A stretch of 64,000 nucleotides of DNA from Syntrophomonadaceae bacterium (GCA_028692415.1 JAQUXM010000002.1:9204-73203); one strand, 5' to 3'; positions 28,171 to 37,005 are shown, numbered from the stretch's first letter. The notes: generated by a model from the letters alone, not told the origin. Numbers and translations: made by a program.

Positions 28171-30258
28171 TTAGGCCCTCATTTCCAATTTGTATTTGCA
28201 TTCGGGATTTTGGCAGACTATCTCATCGGCCTTGGATTTACTTGATTTTTCAACCATCGCATCCCCGCAATGCGGACACTTATCTCCGGTAGGCTTGTTC
28301 CATGAGCGCATTTTACATTCCGGATAGTTGCTGCAACCGTAGAATCTGCGGCCTTTCTTGCTCCGCAGTGCCACAATGCTGCCCCCGCAGAATGGGCATT
28401 TTACTCCTACATCTTCATTGATCGATTCCGTATGGCGGCAATCCGGAAAACCTGAGCAGGCCATGAACTTGCCAAAACGTCCATGTTTAATCAACATTGG
28501 CTGCTTGCATTTAGGACAATCCTTACCCGCTTCTTCATCTTTTATTTCAATTTTCTCGATCATGGTCATGGCTTTTTCCAAATCGCTGGAAAAGGGCTGA
28601 TAAAAATCCCTGATAACTTTTTTCCATTCCCGCTCCCCTTCTTCCACCTGATCGAGTTCTTCTTCCATGCGCGCGGTAAACTCTACTTCCAAAATATCGG
28701 CAAAATTATCAGTTAGCAAGTCAATTACGATAAAACCCAATTCAGTTGGCACAAATTGCTTAGTCTGTCTCTCTACATAATTACGTTTGAGAATCGTATC
28801 TATGATTGGTGCATAAGTACTGGGACGGCCTATATTTTTTTCTTCCAGCAATTTTACCAAACTTGCCTCGGAAAACCGGGGTGGCGCCTGGGTAAAATGC
28901 TGCTCTGGCTTAATATCTTTAAAACTGATTTTTTCGCCTTTCTTCAGGTTGGGTATAGGATTTTTGATTTCTTCCTCTTCATTATCAGTGTATATTTTTT
29001 TATAACCGGGGAACTTCATCTTTGATGAATTAGCCCTAAAAATACCGTCACCCGCCGTAAACTCAGCAGTTATGGTATCATATACCGCTGGACTCATCTG
29101 GCTGGCCACAAACCTGGTCCAAATCAGTTGGTACAAACGATATTGGTCCCGGGTCAGAAATGCTTTAATGCTTTCCGGAGTTCGGTTTATTGAACTGGGA
29201 CGTATCGCTTCATGGGCATCTTGCGCACCCTTGCGGCTTTTATATTCATTAGGAATATCCGGAGCATATTGCTTTCCGTACTCCGCAGCAATAAAGCTCA
29301 AGGCCTCTAATTGAGCAATACTGGCTATTCGCGTTGAATCAGTACGAAGGTATGTAATAAGACCTACCGTGCCTTCTTTGCCTATTTCCAGACCTTCATA
29401 GAGTTCCTGCGCTACTTTCATCGTTCGTTTGGAAAAAAAATTCAATCTTTTGGCGGCTTCCTGCTGCATCGTGCTAGTTATAAAAGGCGGCGGCGCAAAT
29501 TTCCGCTTTTCTTTCTTTTCCACCTTGTTTACTACCAAGGGCAACTTTCGAAATGAATTGATTATCTCATCCTTTTGAGCTTCATTGCTTATTTCAATTT
29601 TTTGCTCATTCCAGCTAATTAACTTGGCCATAAATTCCTGTTTTTCTTTGTTTTGCAGCAATACATCAATGGTCCAGTATTCCTGCGGGATAAAATTCCT
29701 TATTTCGTTCTCCCGCTCACAGATGAGCCGGACCACTACCGACTGCACACGCCCGGCACTCAACCCTTTGCGCACTTTAGCCCATAGTAATGGGCTTAGC
29801 TTATAACCCACCAGGCGATCCAGGACACGCCGGGCTTGCTGGGCATTAACCCGGCTGATGTCAACGGCCCGCGACTTCTTTATCGCAGCGGTTACCGCCT
29901 CTTTGGTTATTTCATTAAATTCGATGCGGCATTTGGAGCCAGCCGGTATTTTTATAGCATTTTGCAAATGCCAGGCTATAGCCTCCCCTTCCCGATCCGG
30001 GTCAGTTGCTAAAAGCACCCGATCCGCTTTTTGCGACTCCTCCTTAATCTCCTTAAGGATATCCCCTTTGCCTCTAATGGTTATATACTGTGGTTCAAAA
30101 TCATTGTCCACATCAATTCCCAATTTGCTTTTAGGCAAATCTCTTACATGCCCAACCGAGGCTTTAATTTTATAACCCTTGCCCAGAAATTTTCCTAATG
30201 TTTTGGCTTTTGCTGCAGATTCTACAATAACCAGGGTATTTACTGCCAATAAAATCAC
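28171..30258 (-). CDS. topA: DNA topoisomerase I (the likely true start is the TTG at 30249)
   Basis: Toprim motif LVIVESAAKAKT, active-site Tyr context LITYLRTDS, and C-terminal Cys4 zinc ribbons. Confidence 0.95.
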   Translation of the reverse strand: MILLAVNTLVIVESAAKAKTLGKFLGKGYKIKASVGHVRDLPKSKLGIDVDNDFEPQYITIRGKGDILKEIKEESQKADRVLLATDPDREGEAIAWHLQNAIKIPAGSKCRIEFNEITKEAVTAAIKKSRAVDISRVNAQQARRVLDRLVGYKLSPLLWAKVRKGLSAGRVQSVVVRLICERENEIRNFIPQEYWTIDVLLQNKEKQEFMAKLISWNEQKIEISNEAQKDEIINSFRKLPLVVNKVEKKEKRKFAPPPFITSTMQQEAAKRLNFFSKRTMKVAQELYEGLEIGKEGTVGLITYLRTDSTRIASIAQLEALSFIAAEYGKQYAPDIPNEYKSRKGAQDAHEAIRPSSINRTPESIKAFLTRDQYRLYQLIWTRFVASQMSPAVYDTITAEFTAGDGIFRANSSKMKFPGYKKIYTDNEEEEIKNPIPNLKKGEKISFKDIKPEQHFTQAPPRFSEASLVKLLEEKNIGRPSTYAPIIDTILKRNYVERQTKQFVPTELGFIVIDLLTDNFADILEVEFTARMEEELDQVEEGEREWKKVIRDFYQPFSSDLEKAMTMIEKIEIKDEEAGKDCPKCKQPMLIKHGRFGKFMACSGFPDCRHTESINEDVGVKCPFCGGSIVALRSKKGRRFYGCSNYPECKMRSWNKPTGDKCPHCGDAMVEKSSKSKADEIVCQNPECKYKLEMRA

Positions 30259-30283
30259 CTCTTTAATAAAACTAAATTACATT

Positions 30284-31375
30284 TCAAATCTTTACATAGT
30301 AATTTCCCGGTAGTGATTTTACTATGCCTGAAAGTTCCATTTTTAACAAAAGCGTGCTAAGTAATCCGACATCTATGCCCAGGCCATTTAACAACTCGTC
30401 GAAGTGTAGGCTAGCATTCCCTAAGTGCTGAATAATCTTGTTTTCATTTTCATCAAAGAACAATAGCTGCTCCTGCTGCAACTCAACCGGAACTGTATCC
30501 CTAAAGCATGCATATTCCTCCAGAATATCCTCTATTCCGCTAATTAATTTGGCACCTTGTTTGATAAGGTTATTGGTTCCTTCACTGGTTGAACTATCAA
30601 CCGGTCCGGGAACCGCAAAAACATCGCGCCCTTGTTCCAGAGCAAAATCAGCAGTGATAAGTGCGCCACTTTTACTTTTGGCTTCCACAACCACCACCCC
30701 GCGGCTCAAGCCTGATATCAAGCGATTCCGCATCGGAAAATTCCCCGGTTCCGGTCGCGTGTGCAGAGGAAACTCGCTAAGCACCAGTCCATGGCTAATA
30801 ATCCGCTCATACAGTTTAACATTTTCCCGGGGATATATTTGGTCAAGCCCGCTTCCTAATACCGCAACAGTATATCCTCCTGCCTCCAGTGCCCCAAGAT
30901 GAGCCTCGGTATCTATCCCCCGGGCCATACCGCTTACTACTACCACCCCTTTACCTGCCAATCCCTGACTGAATCTATGCGCAACTTTTTTACCATAAAT
31001 ACTGGCCCTACGCGACCCAACCAGAGCGAGACAAAACTGCATGCTTAACTGGATAGTTCCTGCATAATAAAGAATAAATGGCGGGTTATGAATATTTCTA
31101 AGGAGTTGGGGATAATCATGCTCCTCGATGCAAACAGTTTGTATTCCTCTGCGCTCCAGGTCATCAAGACAAATAAGCGGATCCATGGTTTTTCGGCGCT
31201 CTAAAATCTCTGAGATAATCCCTTCATTTAAAGCTGATGAATATAATTCCCGGGAATCTGCAGTGATAAAAGAAGTGAAACTCCCAAATTGCTTTTGTAT
31301 GTTCCACAAACTCCTATTCCCCAGACCATTTATGCTGTGCAGGAAACACGCGCTAGCCTTTTCAAGCCTATCCAT
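30284..31375 (-). CDS. dprA: DNA-processing protein DprA (Smf) (the track ORF extends to 31381)
   Basis: Rossmann-like core with VVSGMARGIDTEAH. AGAGGAG lies 5 nt before the ATG at 31375. Confidence 0.9.
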   Translation of the reverse strand: MDRLEKASACFLHSINGLGNRSLWNIQKQFGSFTSFITADSRELYSSALNEGIISEILERRKTMDPLICLDDLERRGIQTVCIEEHDYPQLLRNIHNPPFILYYAGTIQLSMQFCLALVGSRRASIYGKKVAHRFSQGLAGKGVVVVSGMARGIDTEAHLGALEAGGYTVAVLGSGLDQIYPRENVKLYERIISHGLVLSEFPLHTRPEPGNFPMRNRLISGLSRGVVVVEAKSKSGALITADFALEQGRDVFAVPGPVDSSTSEGTNNLIKQGAKLISGIEDILEEYACFRDTVPVELQQEQLLFFDENENKIIQHLGNASLHFDELLNGLGIDVGLLSTLLLKMELSGIVKSLPGNYYVKI

Positions 31376-31629
31376 TTCCACTCCTCTTTACTGAAAATTT
31401 TAAATACCATATTGATGAAATTCTAAAGCAATTGTTAACATAAAAAATCTTGCTTGGCAAGAGTATTTGTTTATAATTCCATTTATGTATTGTTATTCCT
31501 TGCCTTTATTGGCATTTATTTTGTAAAGAATTAAACATTCATGGGAGCATTTACTTCTCTAAAAATTGTAGCGCAGGGGAAAAATATTAAAGCAATATTG
31601 ATTATATTCTATTGAAAAGAGGTGTTCTT

Positions 31630-31809
31630 ATGCTAACGGATTTTAAAGACAAAGACTCTTTTATAGACGATCTTATCCATCATGAAAAAGTTGACCCGGG
31701 CACCTTTAGTTTTCTGGAACCTGGTTGGTGGGCATTGCACGCTGCTACCATAGCGGGCGTCTATATGCTGGGGCAGAGCATTTCAAGATCTCGGCATGAA
31801 CGAGATTAA
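31630..31809 (+). CDS. Hypothetical 59-aa protein with one possible TM segment (WWALHAATIAGVYMLG)
   Basis: One of only two plus-strand coding candidates in the window. AAGAGGTG lies 5-7 nt before the ATG at 31630. No recognisable family. Confidence 0.4.
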   Translation: MLTDFKDKDSFIDDLIHHEKVDPGTFSFLEPGWWALHAATIAGVYMLGQSISRSRHERD

Positions 31810-31836
31810 GAGAGTGAGAGAATTGAGGAGAAAGCA

Positions 31837-31977
31837 ATGGGAAAACTAGAAACTACCTTGAACAAGGAAGATATCTGGGGAGAAAATGTTTACGAAAATA
31901 TGTGGCTTCCTATTGGGGATGAAAGAGAAAATGATATTCAAAGTCTCTTGCAGCAAAGAAGAATAGGTAAATTCTAG
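31837..31977 (+). CDS. Hypothetical 46-aa protein (MGKLETTLNKEDIWGENVYENMWLPIGDERENDIQSLLQQRRIGKF)
   Basis: Found by manual reading; it is below the track's size cutoff. GAGGAG lies 7 nt upstream of the ATG, 27 nt after the preceding ORF. Followed by a hairpin. Confidence 0.35.
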   Translation: MGKLETTLNKEDIWGENVYENMWLPIGDERENDIQSLLQQRRIGKF

Positions 31978-32019
31978 TGAGGCGTTAGGGGTGAGGTGTA
32001 GAAATTGCACCTTACCTCA
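31978..32019 (+). repeat. SD-like heptad motif plus hairpin, abutting the stop codon of the 46-aa plus-strand ORF
   Basis: Sense (plus) strand reads taGUGAGGCGUUAGGGGUGAGGUGUAGAAAUUGCACCUUACCUC. The hairpin is GUGAGGUG/CACCUUAC, with a T5 run 7 nt downstream. Confidence 0.7.
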
Positions 32020-32101
32020 ACATTTTTAGTTGTTCCATAAGCTATTAGAGGCAGTCATTAATCACCTTGAAAACTCCCATTTGGAACCATTAGACAATAA
32101 T

Positions 32102-33493
32102 CTATTCCGTTTTTAATTCCAGGACCTGCATAGTATTTTCCGCAAATACATCCCATACTTTAACTGCAACTCTATATATTGGGACCTTTGGCACCATAAG
32201 ATTTATATCTACAGCAATCTCTTGATCAAAACCGCTTTTCCTTAAAACCTGTAGATCTGAATTAAAGATAAAACCATTGTAATTAAGATCAATTTCCCAA
32301 AAGTCAATAAATAAGCAGAAATTAGCATTAGGTTTTAATTTGCCAGCATTTTCCGGTGAAGGTTGATAGGAATCAATAGATATGATTAAGTTGGACTCCT
32401 TTTCGTGATCGCCCTCGTTTCGCAATTTGCAAAAAAGCTTGGGCCTATTTATCTTGTGTTGTTCATTTCCATTAAGCTTAAATATTTTAAAGCCTGGGGT
32501 CCTTTTCTGTATTAATCGTTTTAAAGAGATTTGTAATGCCAAGTCACTGCTGTCACAAGCAATCCAATTTCTCTCCATATCTTCACAAACCTCGATGGTT
32601 GTGCCCGAACCAGCATAGAAATCAGCCACCAGACTACCTGGCTGGGAAGCAGTAGCTATTATTCTCCTCAACAGAGCTTCCGGCTTTTGGGTCGGGTATT
32701 TCAAATTCTCTTGAGCGGTAGGGCTAAGAATTTTGTTAATGTCGGCCCACCAATCCTGCATTAGTGCACCTTTCTCATGCAGGCTGTACCTATCTCCTTT
32801 GACTTTGGTTAAACCCCTTTGTATAGTTCCCGCGCTATAAGGCCGGTACTGGGGATTAAAAATATAATTATCACTTCTCGCATACCAGAATATAAGATCA
32901 TGCTTCCTGTGGAAATGCTTTTTGCTTCCGCTTCCACCCCCATAACACCATACTATTTCATTGATAAAATTCTCGCTGGAGAAGATTTCATCCAAGAGCA
33001 ATTTAACATAATGGCTTACATGCCAGTCAAGATGAACAAAAATACTGCCATTGGGGGAAAGAAGATCTTTCATAAGCAGCAAGCGGGGATATAATCCATC
33101 AAGATAGGAATCAAGACTATTTTCCCAGACATCGTCAAAGGCAGAACGGTCCAAGGCCTGTTTGTTTTCACCATTGCCGATGGCGATTCTAGAGATATAT
33201 TCATGATTACTCAAATAGGGTGGGTCTATATAAATAAGATCTATTTTTCCCCGGTAGCCTTGTTGCAATAAGCATTCTATTACAGCTAAATTATCTCCTT
33301 GGAAAAACGCATTTTCTGAGCTATCAGTTCTTGATAAGCTAATATCAATCTGCTCACTAAACAAAGGATTGTTCTGGTACAAGGGGTTAACATATACCCG
33401 TTCAACTTCTTGAAAAGAAGCGAACTTACCCTCTATTTCATTATTTTTACTATCCCAGACAAGTCTCGCACTGTTCCTTGCAATCATATCCAT
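32102..33493 (-). CDS. Orphan beta-class N6-adenine/N4-cytosine DNA methyltransferase with a ~130-aa C-terminal domain of unknown function (the track ORF extends to 33511)
   Basis: Motif IV (LIYIDPPY) precedes motif I (VADFYAGSGTT), and YPTQKPEALLRRII is present, i.e. the beta-class circular permutation (N6_N4_Mtase type). No endonuclease gene is adjacent. Confidence 0.85.
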   Translation of the reverse strand: MDMIARNSARLVWDSKNNEIEGKFASFQEVERVYVNPLYQNNPLFSEQIDISLSRTDSSENAFFQGDNLAVIECLLQQGYRGKIDLIYIDPPYLSNHEYISRIAIGNGENKQALDRSAFDDVWENSLDSYLDGLYPRLLLMKDLLSPNGSIFVHLDWHVSHYVKLLLDEIFSSENFINEIVWCYGGGSGSKKHFHRKHDLIFWYARSDNYIFNPQYRPYSAGTIQRGLTKVKGDRYSLHEKGALMQDWWADINKILSPTAQENLKYPTQKPEALLRRIIATASQPGSLVADFYAGSGTTIEVCEDMERNWIACDSSDLALQISLKRLIQKRTPGFKIFKLNGNEQHKINRPKLFCKLRNEGDHEKESNLIISIDSYQPSPENAGKLKPNANFCLFIDFWEIDLNYNGFIFNSDLQVLRKSGFDQEIAVDINLMVPKVPIYRVAVKVWDVFAENTMQVLELKTE

Positions 33494-33602
33494 CCTGCTC
33501 CTTTTTGCCAAAACCTAAAAGCAGAAAGTGACGTTTTAACATTAACCATATGGCTCTACGCCCATACGGCAAAAGCTACTTCTGTGAAAAACTGCGCCAG
33601 GC

Positions 33603-33645
33603 AGGTGAAAATTCGCACCTTACCCCTCAGTCCTCACTCCTCACC
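33603..33645 (-). repeat. SD-like heptad motif plus hairpin, 36 nt after the 45-aa ORF stop codon and upstream of the methyltransferase
   Basis: Sense strand reads GGUGAGGAGUGAGGACUGAGGGGUAAGGUGCGAAUUUUCACCU. By hand alignment, ~26 of 34 positions match the reverse complement of 31979-32020. Confidence 0.7.
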
Positions 33646-33681
33646 TTCTTATTAAAGATTTTAGCATAAAAAGATTAGAAC

Positions 33682-33819
33682 TTATCTGGAAACTAAGTCA
33701 ATTCTTATCAAGTTACCAGATGTAAAGGCCTGCTCGCTAACGCAATACTGACCGAGCACCGGAATAAGCAGGGCAAAAATTATCGCAACTAATAGAACCG
33801 CTAGAACATTGGATTTCAT
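33682..33819 (-). CDS. Hypothetical 45-aa signal-peptide/TM-like small protein (MKSNVLAVLLVAIIFALLIPVLGQYCVSEQAFTSGNLIRIDLVSR)
   Basis: Found by manual reading. GGAGG lies 8 nt before the ATG at 33819. The hydrophobic N-terminal 22 aa follow the signal pattern. It is in a different frame from track ORF 33737..33931. Confidence 0.45.
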   Translation of the reverse strand: MKSNVLAVLLVAIIFALLIPVLGQYCVSEQAFTSGNLIRIDLVSR

Positions 33820-33923
33820 TTTTTAGCCTCCTCAATCCATCATCATATTGAAAAATCTTGGAGTAAGTGATTTTGCAAAACAATTTGCTCTTATTCCCTA
33901 ACACTGAACTCCGCACTGTTTTC

Positions 33924-34700
33924 TCAAACATGTTTTCGTAATTGTTTTAATGCTGCCTTTTCCAAACGGGAAACCTGGGCCTGGGATATGCCTATTTCAT
34001 CTGCGACTTCCATCTGTGTCTTGCCTGCGAAGAAACGTAGCGAGACGATATGTTTTTCTCTTTCGTTTAGTTTCTTCATCGCTTCTTTAACCGATATTTC
34101 TTCCAGCCATAAATCATCACTGTTTTTATCGTCACTAATTTGATCCATTACCAGAATAGGATCTCCGCCATCGTTATATATGGGTTCAAAAAGTGACACC
34201 GGTTCTTGAATTGCATCAAGCGCAAATACCACTTCTTCGCGGCTAACCTCAAGGCATTCCGCTATTTGACTCACGGTAGGTTCCGCTGAATTGTCAGATA
34301 CTAGTTTCTCCCTGACTTGCAGTGCTTTATAAGCAATGTCTCTAAGTGAGCGGGATACCCGTAATGCGTTATTGTCACGAAGATAGCGTCTGATTTCACC
34401 AATTATCATAGGAACAGCATAAGTTGAGAAGCGCACATTTTGGCTTAAATCGAAATTGTCTATTGATTTTATCAAGCCAATACAGCCTACCTGGAAAAGA
34501 TCATCTACAAATTCTCCACGATTGTTGAATCTCTGAATCACACTCAATACTAAACGCAGATTTCCCTGAATCAGTTTCTCACGCGCCGTCGCATTGCCCG
34601 TCTGCATCTCCGCAAATAATCTTTTCATCTCTTCATTTTTTAATACGGGGAGTTTAGAGGTATTAACGCCGCATATTTCAACCTTATTAATAAAAGGCAC
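33924..34700 (-). CDS. sigG: Forespore late sporulation sigma factor SigG
   Basis: 258-aa sigma-70 family protein. N-terminus NKVEICGVNTSKLPVLKNEEMKRLF and its position after sigE are typical of SigG. Confidence 0.9.
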   Translation of the reverse strand: MPFINKVEICGVNTSKLPVLKNEEMKRLFAEMQTGNATAREKLIQGNLRLVLSVIQRFNNRGEFVDDLFQVGCIGLIKSIDNFDLSQNVRFSTYAVPMIIGEIRRYLRDNNALRVSRSLRDIAYKALQVREKLVSDNSAEPTVSQIAECLEVSREEVVFALDAIQEPVSLFEPIYNDGGDPILVMDQISDDKNSDDLWLEEISVKEAMKKLNEREKHIVSLRFFAGKTQMEVADEIGISQAQVSRLEKAALKQLRKHV

Positions 34701-35118
34701 CCCTTTCCCTAGCCGTTTTTATTCATTTTTAAATTATTTACTACTTGCTCCTTTATTATTCCCAATAAATAAACCCGCACTGTACCTCAACACTAATTCT
34801 GACAACAGCAACATTTAGGGCCAATTGAGAACAAGCGAACGCGAGTAGTACTGGTAGTAGTCGAAGGGTGTACATAAGAGGTAACCGGAGAAGGGAGAGC
34901 AGCAGAAAATCTTTACCGCCAGTAGTTGCATCATCCGTTCCATAAGGAGATATTAGCAACGTATGCCCGAAGCGACCTTATTGCTGTGTAAAGGACTTCT
35001 ACCCGCAGGGTGGGCGCAGATCATTTCGAAGCGGGTGTAAAGGTTGAGCATTATTTTTCATTTCATCAACCAAGTCATTTTCCTATCATACCCCAATATC
35101 TTCTTGGGTATGATTAAG

Positions 35119-35841
35119 TTATTCGATTTTACGAATCTCTCTTTGCAGTCTTTTTAATATTCGCTTCTCTAAACGGGAAATGTATGATTGCGAAATGCCC
35201 AGGATATCTGCAACCTCTTTTTGGGTTTTTTCATCCCCATTATTCAATCCGAAGCGAAGCTGGATAATGGTTTTTTCTCTGCTGTTTAATTTGTGCATGG
35301 CTCTCCAAAGCAGGCTTTTTTCAACTTCTCCTTCTATTTTTTTATAGATCATATCGTTTTCCGTACCCAGGACATCAGATAATAAAAGTTCATTGCCATC
35401 CCAATCCACGTTTAAAGGTTCATCTAAAGATACCTCCGACCGGTTCTTCAAATTTCTTCGCAAATACATCAGTATCTCATTCTCAATGCAACGCGAGGCA
35501 TAAGTTGCCAGCTTGATATTTTTCTTGGGTTCAAAGGTGTTTACCGCCTTAATCAAGCCAATCGTACCGATTGAAACCAGATCTTCAATGTTAATCCCCG
35601 TATTCTCGAATTTTTTGGCTATGTAAACCACCAGGCGAAGATTATGCTCTATCAGCGTGGCTTTTACGGCCATGTCCCCCATCCCTAATTTGGAGATCAG
35701 GTCCATCTCTTCCTGCTCCCTTAACGGTGCAGGCAAAACTTCAGTGGAGCCAATGTAATGAATAAACTGCGGATATTTCCTTTTTAAATACAATCTTAGC
35801 AACAACAATTTCCAGCCATTGATTATGCTTAAAATCCCCAT
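35119..35841 (-). CDS. sigE: Mother-cell sporulation sigma factor precursor pro-SigE
   Basis: 240 aa. Hydrophobic/basic N-terminal pro-sequence followed by [12 protein letters not shown]..., with sigma regions 2-4. Follows spoIIGA. Confidence 0.9.
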   Translation of the reverse strand: MGILSIINGWKLLLLRLYLKRKYPQFIHYIGSTEVLPAPLREQEEMDLISKLGMGDMAVKATLIEHNLRLVVYIAKKFENTGINIEDLVSIGTIGLIKAVNTFEPKKNIKLATYASRCIENEILMYLRRNLKNRSEVSLDEPLNVDWDGNELLLSDVLGTENDMIYKKIEGEVEKSLLWRAMHKLNSREKTIIQLRFGLNNGDEKTQKEVADILGISQSYISRLEKRILKRLQREIRKIE

Positions 35842-35852
35842 ATTTCTTCCTC

Positions 35853-36746
35853 CTAACCTTCTTGAAGCATTTGCGATGGAATCAAAAAATGATATTTATC
35901 TTCTGCACTCAATTTTTCATTGTAAATACCAACTACCGTATTGGCATAAAATAAATCCTCGGTGCCATTATTGATAATCACCTGATCTGCCCTTATGCCT
36001 AACATCATGCCATTTTTTCGGCCTATGGAGCTGAAAGGGATTATACGCAATCGCTTAGCCCAGCCCGTATCAATCAACGCATCCAGCATTTCCTTCTCAT
36101 TTTGCAGTTTATCCACCACAGATGTAAAATCTGCTGGCAAGCAAGTCTTTAGAAATTGGTACTCAGCGACGATTACGGGGCGATTAGTCAGGGGATCACG
36201 TAAATTGTTTCCAGTATCTAGAAATGCACATCCTTTGCAGCTATTATTATCGAAACGAAGTTCAATATCAAAATTTAGCATACTGGGTATAAGTTTATTC
36301 ACCAAATACGTTTTACCAAATCGCCCTATTGCCAGAGCACAAGCGATCCCCACCAACAGATACCAAATCGTAAAAGAATTATCCCAGGGATTGCGATTAA
36401 AAACATAGGAGGCAGCTATTGTGGCCCCAGCCACTAAGAAATTAATAAAATAGAAATAAATAAAAGCCTTCTTAAACTCCTTCCAATTTTGAGGCCATAT
36501 TGCAATCATAAGCATTAGACATGAAAAAAGAATCTTAAGCGGTAAACTATAATACTTTTCCAGACCGGGAAAAAGAAAGCCTACGGCATAGATTCCTCCT
36601 AATAATGATGCAAGAGCTATTCGCTTGTATCTTACGGTAATTCCGGCCAGACTAGCAGATGCCCAGAGTATAAGAAAGTCCATTAAAAAATTAATTAAAA
36701 AACTCAGGTCGGCATATACTTCAGGCCCAGACATATTATCACCCAA
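35853..36746 (-). CDS. spoIIGA: Pro-sigma-E processing aspartic protease SpoIIGA (start uncertain; an ATG lies at 36734)
   Basis: Five N-terminal TM segments and a C-terminal domain with a DTG motif ([12 protein letters not shown]). Confidence 0.85.
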   Translation of the reverse strand: MGDNMSGPEVYADLSFLINFLMDFLILWASASLAGITVRYKRIALASLLGGIYAVGFLFPGLEKYYSLPLKILFSCLMLMIAIWPQNWKEFKKAFIYFYFINFLVAGATIAASYVFNRNPWDNSFTIWYLLVGIACALAIGRFGKTYLVNKLIPSMLNFDIELRFDNNSCKGCAFLDTGNNLRDPLTNRPVIVAEYQFLKTCLPADFTSVVDKLQNEKEMLDALIDTGWAKRLRIIPFSSIGRKNGMMLGIRADQVIINNGTEDLFYANTVVGIYNEKLSAEDKYHFLIPSQMLQEG

Positions 36747-36799
36747 TCCAAGTTACTAGAACACACGAATACTAAGGGAATATTTTGAATTTTAAGCAG

Positions 36800-36909
36800 C
36801 GGAAGAAACTGCGGAGCAGTTTTAACAACCGCTACAAAGCGGCCGGGGATTAGAACCCGCCGCCTGATTGGTTCGACCACTAGCGGGGGACATCTTTTCG
36901 CCTCGTTAT
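36800..36909 (-). repeat. Structured intergenic repeat 'R', copy A (spoIIGA 5' region)
   Basis: Aligns with 58430-58537 and 58662-58780. Shared blocks are cggaagaaactgcgg, ggggattagaacccgccgcc, ctagcgggg and ttttcgcctcgttat. Confidence 0.8.
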
Positions 36910-36975
36910 TGAGCCAAATTAAGCTGATTAATTCATATGCATATAGAGTTAAGTAATGTATTCCAAATTATAGCA

Positions 36976-37005
36976 ATTATATTTTGTATTATTTGTTGAA
37001 ATCAA
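36976..37005 (-). promoter_or_regulatory. Sigma-A-like promoter candidate for spoIIGA-sigE (TTGATT-N18-TATAAT)
   Basis: Minus strand reads TTGATTtcaacaaataatacaaaaTATAAT, with a second TATAAT 3 nt downstream. It would place R copy A in a ~220-nt 5' UTR. Confidence 0.3.

Noticed and set aside
32102-33511. The methyltransferase as part of a restriction-modification or other defence system
   Set aside because: No endonuclease, specificity, helicase or ATPase gene is adjacent. The neighbours are core genes (dprA, sigG) and tiny ORFs. It is reported as an orphan methyltransferase instead.
33737-33931. 64-aa minus-strand track ORF overlapping the sigG stop codon
   Set aside because: It has no SD sequence and overlaps sigG. 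A different frame contains a 45-aa ORF with a near-perfect SD sequence and a signal-like N-terminus, which is reported instead.
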